DNA from: Tubiluchus corallicola | Lineage: Eukaryota > Animalia > Priapulida | Reading direction: 5' to 3' | DNA length: 64,000 nucleotides | Assembly (NCBI GenBank): GCA_030141605.1 | Contig: JAQGDQ010000002.1 | Coordinates: forward strand, 3,044,942-3,108,941 | Shown: positions 1 to 24,783 of the stretch, in pieces | How the letters are laid out: the number at the start of each line of letters is the position of its first letter | Position numbering within the stretch: position 1 is the stretch's first letter | Program-made: the position numbers and the translations under genes | The notes under the pieces: model-generated | What the model was told of the DNA's origin: nothing | Databases searched by the model: none | What the model saw: the letters and a program-made list of their open reading frames with translations, nothing else

Positions 1-947
1 ATGTGTTTCTGCGAATTGGCGGGAAAAAGTACGGAAGTACCCGAAGTTGGGCGCCGCTTACAGCAGTCGCTTATATACAGCAGTTGCGCTACTATTCATG
101 CGCTAAATTTGGTTTATTACAACTTTTCACAAATATATTTCGTGTAGCCTTTCGTAATTTGATATAAAATTTTACTTAATTGCGGGTTTGTAACGATATG
201 TTTACAGCAATCACAGCAAGATTGTAATAATTTGTTTATAAGTATAATGTGTAAGTGGATTAAATTAGATGAGGCACCTAAATTTAATTATAAAAAGTGT
301 TAAGTGCGAAAATCCCAGTGTTTATGAACTTTCTTCTAATTTCGCTTTGGACAAAATTGAAGCTAGTTTATGGAGTTACTAGTAATAATAACTATTTGAG
401 CTTTTCAGGGCATTAGCATAAAGAAATGAGTGCATGCCTGATGTGACTAAAACTTTGGTTTCAAAAAAAATTGCTGCTGTAAGTGTAGGCCCATGCAGTA
501 TAATTATGTTTTAGTTGTCTAATATTACTGTAGTTTAGCATGTTATTTACTTTGTTTTGTTTATTATTTCTTTGCAATAATTTATAAATTTATATTTATC
601 TTTATTTTGTAATACGTTTTATGATACTGCATTATTAACCCTTATTTGCACTAGAGCTGGCTTAGAATTAATGTTTTTATTTTGTCGAATATACATATAT
701 TTTAAATTAGCATTGATATTTTAAATTACTATTATTAAATAAATAAAGAAAACGTACATAGCGGCTATCACTAAGGTAAAATGGACTCAATTTCTGCTGG
801 AGATGTGTGCGTGGGTAGCCAGGACCAGGCACCGCACTTTACGGTATATAGGCTAGTACGGTAAATAGCGTCCAACATCTGACGAGATTTTTGGCCAATT
901 TGATTGGTTGGCGCAATCTTTCGGCGGTAGCGATCCAGGAGCCCAAC

Positions 948-3900
948 ATGTCTGCTCCCATAAATAGTGGCAATGCATTACAGATTATAAGTTTAGCATT
1001 GATTTTTATCATATTTTTTTTCATTATAGGTAAGCGTTGGTTAATAACAAGAACTTTTTGCTTAATTCTTGTTGAATGTATGATTATCTGTTTATAGTAA
1101 ATAAGTTAAAATGTGTTTTACGTTTTCTTTTTTAGTAATGTGTTATAAATTACTGCGAAGATTTGTAGGTGGAGGTGTTTGTCAGAGTTCTGCAAGACTT
1201 GATGGCAAAGTCGTCATTGTAACTGGATCAAATACTGGAATTGGTAAAGAAACGGCCAGAGATTTAGCTGGAAGAGGTAACAGCTGCTGACCATTTGATT
1301 TAAAAATGAGTATCAAGCGTAGAAAGTAATACTGGGCATCATGTCCTCCCAAGGAGGGGCAAAATATGTTCCAGAAATAAATCAAAATAAAAGTTGTCAT
1401 AAAATTAAGGCAAAAATAAGGTAATTTTGGATACTGCAGTTACTGCTGAACTTTCTTATGCAGTTATTTCAGCTTTGTATGTTTTATATTTATAATTAAA
1501 TTTTTATATTGTTCTTTTGTAGACATGAAAAAAATTCAATAGTGCCTCAAAGTGGTAAAGTACGTGAAGGAAAAATTTTGTGTCAATTAAGCAAAGTTAT
1601 TTGAGTCAATTACCGATAGTTTTTATGTATGTTTGAATAGAAGCGGCCCGTGCCAGGCGTTTTTGAGTCAATTAAGCGATTGAGTCTATTAACCGTGAAT
1701 CTATTAAGCGGCGACTACGGTATATAGATATATATATATATGTAGAGAGAGAGAGTACAGACATCCATTTTCATATATGGCACAAAAACGTGCCAAAGTT
1801 TTGGTCACGATAGTGTCAGATGTTTTTGTATAAGCATCAAAAATTACAAGTCATTCTCTTACATGACGCTCAAATTTTTGGTAAAAGTAAAATTATAGAT
1901 ATTTTACTTACCTTTGCAATGAAATTGTTTCCCATATCTTGTGATCAAAGTTCAGTGTGAAAATTATTATGCAACCTGAATCATTCAAGGAAAATCTTGT
2001 TTAGTGGCACAAAAATACATGTAAAATGACTTAGGTCATTTTAAAAGATGTGTAAGCAGTACTTAATGTTTTTTTGTTCTGTGTAGTGTTATATGGCGAC
2101 ACACACACGGATACACACGCACACACACACACCCACACACAGAACAATGCCAAGTTTGAAATTTGAAAAAATAAAAAGTTAACTACCTTGAAAAAGGCAG
2201 CATGGTTTTCATTAATTTTTTTTGTGAGGTCTTCCACATATTTGATCAGTCAGCAACCTTTGTCTACACTGGTTGACTGATGTTTCATGATCCCTCTACG
2301 TTGCGGTCATAATACCAAGATAATGCATTAAATGATGCACTATGAGGGAGACTGGCATTGTATGATTGCAAGTGATTCATTATCACAGGCTACAATCATG
2401 TCTTCAGTTATTATGTAGAAACAAAGGTTACTTTTATTTAAACTAGGAAACTTTTCAAACAGGTACTGGGTAAAAGCTGTAAGCATTCAGTGCTATATTA
2501 AAAAAAGTCCCTTTCAAGTAAAAGCAATAGTTACAGATACAGGTTGCTACCAATGAATAGATACATGTAGTTTGTCTTAGTTGATAGTGACTTCATGTAA
2601 ATAAAGTTGTCAGAGACGCACATGAAGAAACACTCATGCACAACGACACATACATTGGTACAAAAGAGAAAAAAATCTGCTACGTCAATGAATATTAATA
2701 AAAGCATTATTAGCTAAAAATACCTTATAACGCTTAGCAGCTATATGCAAGGAAAAAATGGGGAGAGAGACTGTCTAATATCGGTGATTGTTTAATGTCA
2801 AAATCTTCGACTGACTGCCATTTTGTACACAGTCAAGTGTGCATTGTTAGCAGAACTAGTTAACAAATGTTTTAGCTTGTGAATTAATTTTCTTTGATGC
2901 CCTTAGAATTACCGCTTAAGAGGGAGTATAGATCTCAAGGTTAGTCGTCATATGGAGGTGGAAGTTAAATAATAAACAAAGTTTATTGCACAGTGTATGT
3001 TATTAATTTTGTCTTTTCTTATCTGAAGCTGTAATTTGTATGTTTTCAGGTGCTAAAGTGATATTAGCTTGCCGAAATCTTGAAAAAGCACAAACTGCTG
3101 CTGATGAAATTATTAGGGTTACAGATAACAATAATGTAATTGTCAGAGAAGTAGACCTGGCATCCTTCGCATCAGTTCGCAAGTTTGCTGAAAACATTCT
3201 GAAGACTGAGTCAAGGCTAGATATACTCATTAATAATGCTGGTATGAAGTAGATGCAGTACAAAATAAAATAAAATGAAGTACAGTAAATCATCGCTTAA
3301 TGACTGAACAGTAAGCACTTCATTCTCAGTAGCTCAACAACAATTCTTTACTTAATTTAAAGCACTAAAACAGTACTTTTTCATTATTTTGTTCTAAAAA
3401 TACTACTAGTAACATTAGATAGTATAATATTATTTATGTTTTTGCTTCTTGACAGACTGCCAAATGTTGCTATAGTTGCTATAGTAACCATTGTTTAGAT
3501 GAGATTGTCCGAGGACTACCTTGATTTAACTTTTTGCTGTGAAATGTTTAACTGCTGACTGTGTGCTGACCTAATGAACAAGTTTGCTGTTTTGTGTGCT
3601 GTCAGTCATTTTTGCTTTGGTTCACTTGTAATGACTGCACCATTGCCACTCCACCAGTAGTGGTCAACAGTTGTGTAGCATTCTGCAAAATAAGCAAAGT
3701 GTGCAGAATGTTTGCTGCAATTTTGTTGTCACTAGTTTTGCACAGGTGACATACAGGCTCCATTTGTTGTAGCATTAAAACTTACAAATTCTTTTTTGTT
3801 TTTCTTTCTGCAGACAACAGGAGTTTGTTTGCTTTGCATAATTTGCATATGGCACATCAGCTTTTAAACACAGTATTGTTTAAAATGGGATTTAATCTTT

Positions 3901-6900
3901 GTGCGAAATAGTTGCTTATAAGATTAGAGATTGGTGATTAGTGATTAGACTATATGACCGATATGGTTATTATCTTTGTGTCACTACAGAGGGGTTGCTT
4001 GCCTCTGCACATGAATGATATATAGTGTAGCTATTGTTATTCAAATTACTCAAACTGCTTGGCATTTATTATTTGTGAATGATATGTTATAGGACTGATA
4101 CACCCATATAGGAAAACAGAGGATGGTTATGAGTGGACGTTTCAAATAAACCATCTTAGTCCATTTCTTCTAACAAATCTCTTGTTAGACTTACTGAAAA
4201 AATCAGGTCCATCACGTGTTGTCACTGTGTCTTCTGTAGTTCACAAAGGTAAGTTGCTAAATTTGTTTGCAGAATGGCTGCTGAATATAGTATTGGAATA
4301 TAAAACTAAATAACTCATTGAGTTATTGTCATTGATTAGAATTTGCTAAGTTACATTGTTGATGACACTTAAATACCTAAACTAATGGCAATACCCTTTA
4401 TACGCCTGCATGTGTTTTAGGTGGAAGCTTAAATTTTGATGATTTAAACTATGAGAATCGACTGCTGTATACATCAGGAAAAGGTTATGCAGATAGTAAA
4501 TTATGTAATATACTCTTTGCTAAAGAACTGGCTCGCAGGTGTAAAGGTATGCATGTTATTCATTTAGAAAAGAAAATTGTTTCAGTTTGACTAACACGGT
4601 GAAACTGTAGTGCTATAACAACTGTTCACAAATTTATTATCATTATCTGCATTTTTGAAGCCTTTGAAGGAAAAAGGTAAAAAAGTGTTTAGTGTCACAG
4701 ACTGATATGACTATGTGAGGGCCTGGAGACACATGTCCTGGGGCCTTCATTTTGGTTAATAGAATTGTCCTTTTAGCTTGATATTTATTATGCTTGTAAC
4801 CTTTCCTTATTTGACTTTTGACCAGAATTATTAGCCGATTGTTTTCATAAATAAAAAAGTTAACATTGATAATTAAGTTGATAAGATAATTAACTTGGAC
4901 TACTCCCTTGAAAATGTCATACTTTTTATTTGGAAAATTTATGCATTAATCTAATTAAAGTCTCAGTTTTTTGGTGGCTATGACATCCAGATAACCTCGT
5001 AAATTGCAACAAATACAAAGGCTGCTAGTGTTCCGTGTCAGTTCTTGCTATTGGGGCTTGCAAGTATATTTCTTGACTCCTAGTTGATTTTTCCTTTGTT
5101 TTTCATTAGTTTGCTACTAGCATTGAACATGACATGACATTTTTTATATTTTAGGTACAGGTGTCTCATCATTTTCTTTACATCCCGGTACTGTCCAGAG
5201 CGAATTTGGACGTGATTATTTTATATTCCGACTAGGCATGGCAGTAGTAAAGCCATTTATACTCAAAACATCTCAAGAAGGTGCACAGACTAGCATCTAT
5301 TGTGCCGTTACAGAGGGATTAGAGGCAAAGTCTGGCGAATATTTCAGGTACAGTGATAAGCTTCAAGTAAAATGATTGGTATTAAAATATGTTAAACTTT
5401 TTGGTACATTTTTTATGAACATCGTAGAATGTACCAATAATTTCTGCTTCTTTTTGAAGGCATAGAAGTGCCTGTTTGCAAACATCTAAGTACAGTATAA
5501 CATCATTATAGCAAACTTGCTAGGAGTAGGGACACAGAAAAGGATAACCGAGGTACACTATAAGCATACACGGCTAATCGTGTGTATATGACTATTAGAT
5601 AGATGGACAAGCACATATAAACAATAAAAGTATAAATAATATACAATGTGTGGTTTCACAGAGGATGTAAAATACTTCTAGAATATGCTGCCAAGTACTA
5701 CTTTGTAGTACATTCAAGTTCAATGAAGAGTATTTTTGTTGTGGAGATCGCTGGCATCTATTAGAATTACATAGAACATTGTAGAATGTTCCATTGGAAT
5801 GATCGTCTTACCATCTGGAATGTTCTGGAACATTACTTCTGGAAGCTTCTTCGGCGCGCTGTATAAGGCGAAGCAGGCCGCTGACAAGGGAGCTCGCACG
5901 GACGTATACTTACACATTCTCTTGTATACTTACATTTTCAGATACACTTAAACGTTTTCCAGATTTTCACGTTTACTGTAATCATTTCGCGTTCCTTCAT
6001 ACTTTTGTGTTGTAGAATTCTCGCTTAATAAAGTAGTTCAATTTGATGAAGTGTTTTCTGGTTTTCTCTACGAGCCTTCCGAGAGAAACAGAACACAACA
6101 AATATTGGCGCAGTCGACAGGATCCTTGGTAACTCAGTCAACAGTTGTTTATTCAAGCAATGATGGCAGAGCAGATGGGCAAACTTATCAAGCTCCTCCG
6201 CCAGCAGTTGGATCAGCAGAGGGAACAGATGGATCGGCAGGCGCAGCAACACAAAGAAGATATGGATGCTATGAGGAGGCTGCTTCATGCTCGAACTCCT
6301 GAAGAGAATTATAGCTCAAGCACCCACTTTCCACCTGCATCAACACTTACAGCTGCCATTCCACCATTTGCTGCTTTTGATCCAACTTCTGAACTGTGGC
6401 CTGACTACTGGTCAAGATTTTGTACCTTCGTGGCAGCCAACGCAGTGCCTGACCAATGCAAGGCTCAAGTTTTCCTAACAAATCAGACTGCTGCCATCTA
6501 CAAACAACTGGCAAATCTAGCGACGCAACAGTCTCCACCCAAGGATATCAACGAATTGACAATTGACGAAATTGTCGACTTTATTTTGTGTGAGTTCAAT
6601 AAACTAAAAATAATCGAATGTTTCATATTAAATTGTGTGTACACATTCAGCTATAAATTTAGGTGACTGACTTGTTCAATAAAGTCCATGAGATTAAAAA
6701 AAAAGTCTGTCAGATTTGTTTGCACCAAATTTCTGTTTATTTCTTGTATAAAAAGTTCTTGCAGTAAGATTCATCACATGATGAAAAATCTCAGCGGTTT
6801 CCTGCCTGCACACTTACATAAAACACCTGGATGCCAAGCCACCGAGTGACTCATTGTCTTTGTATGTAGTAGACAAGACGACCTTTCGATACAACATATC

Positions 6901-7564
6901 TCCACATGCTGCACTTCAAACTTGCCAAGAATTTAGCTGTAAATTAATTTGGAAATGGCTGGCAAAGGTAAAGTATGCAATAAGAACTTATAAATACATA
7001 GTTATGCAAACATTTGGGCCTGACAAAAAGTCCGCAATTCACAATAACCAAGTACACTGTATTCAGAACTATTATACAAGTTAAATAAATGCTGAAAGTT
7101 TGTTCTTTTCTGTGAGTTTGCATTACCAGTGCGTATGCAATGAACCATGCTTGCTGTAAAGGTGTTATACTGTACTTTCTTTGTGTAGTTGTCACCTGTC
7201 TGCTGAAGTATCACCAAGCAAGAGCCAAAAAGGTGAGGAACAATGGTAAATGTACAACCAAAAAGAATTTAATACTTTGACAGCTTGCACATTGAGAAGA
7301 ACAAGTTCTTATAGTTCAATTAGCATTTACTCACTAGTCTCAGTATATTAAACAATAATTGTGTGCAGTGAGTGTAAAGAAAAATTGACTTGGCAAAGCC
7401 TTGCTCTCCTCTGTTTTCGGTGATTGTTTGCTAGAACTTTGTTCTTTTTTAGTGATTGTGCTGTTGCAAGGCCTGGACAGAATGCTACAGATTTGGACAT
7501 TGCAAGACAATTGTGGGAAATCAGCGAAGAGATGACTGGTTTGACAAGCAAGAAAACAGTGTAG
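948..7564 (+). CDS. Retinol dehydrogenase 11/12/13-like short-chain dehydrogenase/reductase, 7 coding exons, ~333 aa
   Basis: Exons 948-1029, 1136-1276, 3050-3241, 4093-4248, 4421-4546, 5155-5347, 7453-7564 join in phase via GT-AG. N-terminal hydrophobic anchor, [14 protein letters not shown] Rossmann motif, [26 protein letters not shown], catalytic [27 protein letters not shown]. Exact RDH paralog cannot be resolved. Confidence 0.93.
5737..6590 (+). mobile_element. Truncated Ty3/Gypsy LTR retrotransposon (5' LTR + PBS + gag N-terminus) in RDH intron 6
   Basis: LTR 5737-6100 bounded by TGTTGTG...CACAACA with internal AATAAA; PBS TGGCGCAGTCGACAGGAT at 6106-6123; ORF from 6145 has a coiled coil then [24 protein letters not shown], typical of Mag/K02A2.6-like gag; gag-like character is lost near 6590. 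Confidence 0.85.
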
Positions 7565-9343
7565 GAGCAACATGTTATTCCGTATTTAACAGTGCTCAAT
7601 GCATTTACGCAGTTTTCTAGTTCACTTGTACTTCATTATAGATTTGCAATTGTTTCAGCAGTACTTTGATGTAATAAATTGTTTTGTGATTGTACTTGTT
7701 AATGTACCTCCCTAGCAAAAGGTTATACATCACCCTGTATTTTGAACGAATTCCATCTCATTCAGGGTTTCTTATTACCTCTTGCAGATATCAATTTTAA
7801 GATTAGGAATTTAATACTGATTATTTTTATGTAAATTTCTATAATAATGTACTTTTACTTTTAGTTTTTGCAGTGTTTTACTGTTCTTTGAGTTTTGCTC
7901 TTATGTAGACAAACATTAATTTTAGATGAAGTCAAACATGTTATACAAATGGGACATAATCAGTGTGTTGTAATGAAGGTTTACTAATCAGTATTATGTC
8001 AGAGTAACACGATTTGCCACCTTATAATTTACGCAACAATCATCCCACATGCTCACTGCTTGCATAACATGCATATTGTATTATGTCCATACTGATGTTA
8101 GCATTACTGGTCTATAAGCTGGTGTTTATAGATAATAGACAGAGAAGCAAGTTTAGTACAAATAGTTTTATATTCATTACATGACCACCACATATAGATC
8201 ATGCAGTACTTGTTAAGTTTGTAAGTATAGATAAAGGCCAGGTTTTACAGCAAACTACATGCACAATATGAAACTGTGATAATATTACTTTCTGTTAATT
8301 TTTTGTAGAAATTGATCTGATTGGCTAAACTCTAAATGTTTAAGCATGAAAAAAGCTAGTTAGTTTTACCATTTAAATTTAAATTTAAAAGTATTATGTG
8401 GAGCATTATGTGGTTTCTGGTGTAATGTAAAATAGGCTTATAGTACATTCCATGTTTTGTTTGTAGAGCATGATGGGCATCCAAATGTTATTTGCACTGT
8501 GTAGAATGTAACCAGTCAGTAATGCTTATAATGTCATTTTTTTGCAGTATTAAAAAGGGAAGTTTTAATAATACATGTACGTACATGACTCATCAGCATC
8601 CACACATGTAGTTATCACTTCTGTGTTCTTAATGAATTTCACAATAACAGTAGTCCTGACCATTCAGGGAAATTACTGGAGTTTTTGTTGAGTGGTAATT
8701 GCATATTGTACTAATGAATTTGATAACAACTAAATTTATATATATATATATATACATAGATGTATAAATTTAGTTGTTATACATTTAGATATATATATAT
8801 ATATATATATACTGCAGAAACTGAAATATACATATATGTTGTCCGATTGTGTCTCATCTTGGATAATTTTTGTCTCATGTTCAGTAGGCCAAACTTGACT
8901 TTTTGGTTTGATACTTATATCTATCTGATATTAAGTTTTCTGAGCTGTAAGGTAAGCCTAATTTTAGGAAGTGGATATCTGGCACGGGTGTCAGTGGCTA
9001 CTGATTTTGGGCTAGTCAGCACAAATTTCATTTTTATTTCTATGCAGACTGATTAAAAAAGACTGGCTGGAACATCATGCAACATTAGCCATGTGCTAAT
9101 GTAAGCGACTTTGACAAACACAAAGCTGAGATGCCACAAATAGATAATTGGTTGATAATCGATTCGAATTCGCTTTCTGGTAGAGAATGCTCACCCACAG
9201 AAACAAGCGGTGATGATGTTTTGCAGCTCCGCCTGAACTTTGTTTGAACTACGTTTAATAATCGACTGCTAAGTTTCTGTAGGCTAAGCATTTATGTGTG
9301 CGAATCGGGCGCCAGCTTTATATAAAGTTATTAATTATTCAAT

Positions 9344-19675
<10,332 letters not shown>

Positions 19676-21263
19676 AATTGTGGTATTCTTTGAAACTGAA
19701 CCGTTCTTCCAACCAACACTGCAAAATATTTTTTAGTCATGGTGATAGAAATGACTGATTATATATGATATATTATTCGTAAATCCATGTGCGCATATAC
19801 TATTTATATATTATAAAGTAGACATACATATTTTTCTGCTGTTTTGTTATTTGTTTATGATAGTTGTAAGGAACTTTTGAGTAATGCTTGTGGACATTGA
19901 AACTTTGAAAAGATGGTCAGTAATGAAAAACACCATTTTCACTTATTACATCTTCAAGGCAAGTGTACATGTATAATACATATGCAAGGGACCTAGGCAG
20001 GTGTGTACTTAATGCCACAGGTTCTACACATCAGTGCTTCTTGTACAGGTTTAAGTTTAATGTGTATTTAAACTGATGGTTGGTTTTAAGTTTAACCATG
20101 TTGGTCGTTTGTCAGTAAGGTTTTCCACACTCGGAATTTTTAACTGCCAAATACAAAACGATTTCTTAGACGCATTTACTTTTCTGTGGTCACTTTTAAT
20201 GGAGTAGTGCCCTTCTAATTGTAATTTGCAATACAGTCATGTAGATATAATAGTATAGATGTACAAGGTTTACACACAGTATTAAATTTCTGTTTGATGT
20301 GTGTGTAATGCCAAGGCAAAATTGTTTAACTGATAATTGTTTAGGTCTGACTAAAAAGTTATTTTTAACCAATACTGTTTTACCCTTATCTTTGGACCTC
20401 GCCACTGCATCCATTCTCATTTTTTGGCTCTGGGAATATCCTCCTCAGCAGATGTGACTGTGGACAGTTGATTTTTTGAGTGGTGAGTTTCTTTTTAGCT
20501 ATACTGCACAATTATGTATTTCTAAAGTTTAAGCCTTATAAAAAGCTAATTGTTTTTATATACTGGATTGAAAAGATAATTATTATTTCTGGAACTTGAC
20601 GACATACGTTGAAAATGCAAGCATGTATGGCAATTGTAAATAATTGTTTAATACAGTTTATTTTTCTATGTAATATCAAATGGCTACATTCTAATCAACA
20701 GCTTATTGAGCTTTCGATTGTTTTTTTGTTATCTAAATATAGGTTGTGATTTTTTGGCCTTTCGATTATGCACAAACAGTACATAGGAGTCAATTTTGAT
20801 TATGCACAAATAGTAGGTAGAGTGAGTTAATCATTATTTCTTAAGTTTGTTGGTTAAGTTTTATTGTTCACATGGCATCTTATACTTATTGCTAATATTT
20901 TGTTATGTAGTTTAATTTAAAGCAATAATATCCAGTTACTTTCCCCTTTATAGAACTATCTGTAATTTTTTTGAAATAGTGGGACTAGTGTAAATATTAC
21001 TATACTTGGTGCTTTGCAATAGAGAGTAATTACTAAATTGCATCGTAGCTAAATGTATCGATTCGTTTATATTTACTACAGCAAATATAAAATGTTTATT
21101 TATTTGGTTACAAAGTATTTAAACATTTAACTAACTAAGTCCATACATGTATAACTTGTTTTATATTATTTGTCCAGTGATGTATTAAAGATAAGAATTT
21201 AACATAACATAATGTCATGTTCTATGACTATATTTATTTAGAGTATTACAGTATGCAGCATAC

Positions 21264-22092
21264 AGGTAGTACTTCCATGTGTGCGTAATGTGCGATGTAT
21301 GTTGACTGTTTCCACGTGTCCATGAATATAAAGCTCACAGTAGTCTTTGTCATTTCTGGTTGCTATTCGTGAAAACTGCCGTTGAACTATGAATAGCTGG
21401 AAGGCATGGCTCTGTCAAAATTTTGTCGCAATAATCTCAGCAGGGGCATTAGCTTATTATTGTACTGTTAGACAGAAGAGAAAGACAGTTTTGGGTGCAC
21501 AACTTTTTCGGGGGAGAAAACAGAAGGGCACATATTACCACTTAATGAAAGAATTGCAATATATAATATATCTTTACTGCAATTAAAGCAGACATAAAAA
21601 TTGCAAAATGAAATAACATTTACATACACAAAAAACAATGAACTACATCTAAAATTTTAGTATGCATGACAAATCAACAATTAAGAACTTCCAAATTAAC
21701 ACTAGAAAGGAATCGTACAATTCAAATTAATTTTATATTTATAGAATACATTACGATGTATGATACAACTAGATGCATAACACATATGTATACGCTTCTT
21801 CCATCTCTGAAAAACTGGAAAGAAAAAATATTGTGTAGGTGTCTTGAAATGACCAAATTCACCCGAACAGAAAGCCAGTTGGCAAAAATGATCACCAGAA
21901 ACTTGAAAATTTGCTAAAGCACCTAGGCAATGGCAGCTTCCCATCTGTATATGGCTATGTAATGCATATTCAGACAATAGCAATGTGGATCATGTATTCA
22001 GTACACATGGAAACACTTCCAGGCATTTAAATACAGACTTTCGTATGCACATTACGCATTCATGGATCACGCGTCATGCATTGCATGTACCT
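21264..22092 (+). mobile_element. Decayed PIF/Harbinger-like element
   Basis: Long imperfect inverted termini (ccatgtgtgcgtaatgtgc / gcacattacgcattcatgg; tgtttccacgtgtccatgaata / tattcagtacacatggaaaca), right end followed by TAA; internal remnant RKQKGTYYHLMKEL resembles the Harbinger transposase N-terminal motif. Confidence 0.55.
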
Positions 22093-24600
22093 TAAGACTG
22101 CAGAAATGTTGGTAAGCAACAATTACATTTACGTTGTGACTTATCAATGCTAAAATACTGACATTTTGTGTGCCACAAGTTTATATTATTTGCTTAATTG
22201 ATAACTGGATTCATATCTATTTGAACATATATTATACTTCAAATAAAATAAACATTTATTGTATTATGTTATTTCCTATTACATGCAAAGTTAAATGTGT
22301 GAAATCAGTGCTAAGTAATCATACTACACTGTATTGACTTCTGACATAACTACATATTTTTAAAGATTAGCACATGTTTTTGACGTTTGTTGCTGTGGTG
22401 ATTACTAGGAATGTTGTTCTTAGCATATATATTGTTGGGGTCGATTAGTGAATGTGCAGAATTATTTGTCAGTGTTTAAAACTGGAACAGTCAGACCAAT
22501 GCAATGCAAATTATACAGTCATGTTGTTTCTGTCTTGCCGTTGTTCTTACGGCTTACCTTTGTATAGTCTAAAGCTCTTGGCATGCCTGATCAGCATACA
22601 AAATGTCTTTTTTCAGTTGTCAATTTGTTTACAGTAGCACAAAGTTTTTCAGTACGCTTCGGTACAAAATTATTGTCAATTTCAGTATGGGCACTGTTGG
22701 TACTGATGGGCACTGTCAATAATTGCCGTGAGACTTTTGATTAATCTTTATTGCTATTTAACTTTGGCATTTTGATTTATGAAGAAGTGCATTTGTAAAA
22801 ATGTTTTTTCATTGTTTGTTTGTAAAGCAGATATTGTCAAACAACAGTCTGCTATACCTTTGTGGTGGCTCTGAGCCAGTGTACTTAATGCTAAGATAAG
22901 TGGGTCAGGTTTTTTTTAGTAAAAAACTGTTTTGATCAAGTTATCTGATTTATTTCTGTAAGCCTTTATACTTAACATCTCATTGCGTGTGTTGTGATTA
23001 TTTTAAAGGTTGTTGAACAATCAAAAAATGTGAGTTTGTTTCCAAATTATGCTTTGAGTGCTTTCATAGAATGTAAGTGAGCAAATATTTATTTTCTTAT
23101 GTTTATATGATGTGAATTGTTATTATGATATTATATATTTGCTTTTGCTTGCCAATAAAACTTCTGAAACAAAAGTTTTTTTTCGTGTTCGTCAAGTGAG
23201 TACTGTAATTAGCAGGCAATCTAGACAATGATTACGTAAAATGTCTCTCAAAACAAAAAGGCAAGGAACCAATAAGCCGTAGTGTTAACATGTTTTAAAA
23301 TAATATTAAGACTGTGACTTATTCTTGCTTCCCTGCCTTTTTGTTTTGAGAGGCTTATCGAATTGATTAAAAATAATACAAATTACCATATGCAGCCATT
23401 GTTTTAAGAAAATAAGAATACGAAATAAGTAGCACTCTGTAATGCTTCCATTTTTGTCACTGGGTAGTCCATATGCTTTCATAAGCACCATTGCATCCAT
23501 ACATAAATTATTATTACACTATTAAACGTTAAAGTCAAATTTCTTCCATCCTGTACCCTGAAATATTATTGCACCGACGATATTAGATACAGAAAATTAC
23601 TACAAATGCAACGATATTAACAATCAAAGATTTTTCCGGCGCAAAATGTTTTACGTTGATAATAATGTAATTTGGAAGTACAGTATAAAAAACAAATCGC
23701 ATTGTGATTACAATGGCTTATTTTATATTTTTCCAAAAAATTGTATCAGTCAAAGCACAATTAACGGAATTAGGTGCATATGGCTTTTTTCTATTTTTTG
23801 TGTGGCATAGCCTATAAAGCCATAATTTATCTGGGATCATTCGCTTACATAGCACCTGAGCCCAGATAAATCAGAGCCATTACGCACCTGGCACTGCATG
23901 CACTGAGTAGCATAATTATATTGCTTACTATTTGGCTTCACTCCTTTTGCATCGCCTTTGAGTAGATCATTTCTCAAAATATAATGTGACCCCAAAGCTA
24001 ACAGGCATAATTAATTTTCCGGAATACAGCTCATCGATTCATTTGCAGATATTGTCAGTAGATTCGGTTTCTCGGCGTTGAAATGAAGCCAAGTTTTTAT
24101 CAGAGAGCAAACATAATTATGCTTGACATAAAAACATTGATCGACCAATTGAATAGAGGAGTAAATCTAGCTACGCGGCATGTCACGAGAAGGCACGCGA
24201 ACAGAATAAGTGAAAACGAAAGTAGAAGATTAGATACACTAGTGAATACGTGTCACGTCCAGATACTTATCCTCATAGAGGGATAGGATGGGGGGGGGGG
24301 ATAGTTGACAGTGCGAAGTGTGAAACTTTCACTTTTAAGTCCCAGTTATTTACCGACCGAAAGCACTGTATAACACGAAGCTACACCTACTTATTATTAA
24401 CATTTACATTACATATACAAGCAAAGACAGGGAGGTCGATTTAAGGAGCTAGCTGGATTCCTTTTCTGTATTTAACAACAGAATTAGGCCTATTCCTAAG
24501 CTTCATTGGCGGTGCTCAGTATCCGCGGGGGAATTTTACAAAACTAATCATAACGTTTTTCAGGCGTTGGTTTGTTCCCCCATAGTTTCCTACTCCCACT

Positions 24601-24783
24601 CAGGGGTGTAGTAGAGGGGTAACGTCGGATGACTGAGTTACCTTATCATCTGCTTAATACAATTACCACCTCTGTTATCTAACGGTATTGCGTTACATAT
24701 TTAAAAAAGATCCTTATCTGCAAGATAAGTGCAGTTAAGTACATGATATCTGCAGTTACCCCACTTATATTACTACACCCATG
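24601..24783. mobile_element. Short hAT-like MITE
   Basis: TIR CAGGGGTGTAGTA / TACTACACCCATG, degenerate 8-bp TSD ctcccact/attccact, internal GTTAC repeats. Confidence 0.6.

Noticed and set aside
1-70. E2F (TTGGCGGGAAA) and ETS (CGGAAGT) motifs at the window edge
   Set aside because: Probably the promoter of a neighbouring gene outside the window; cannot be assigned.
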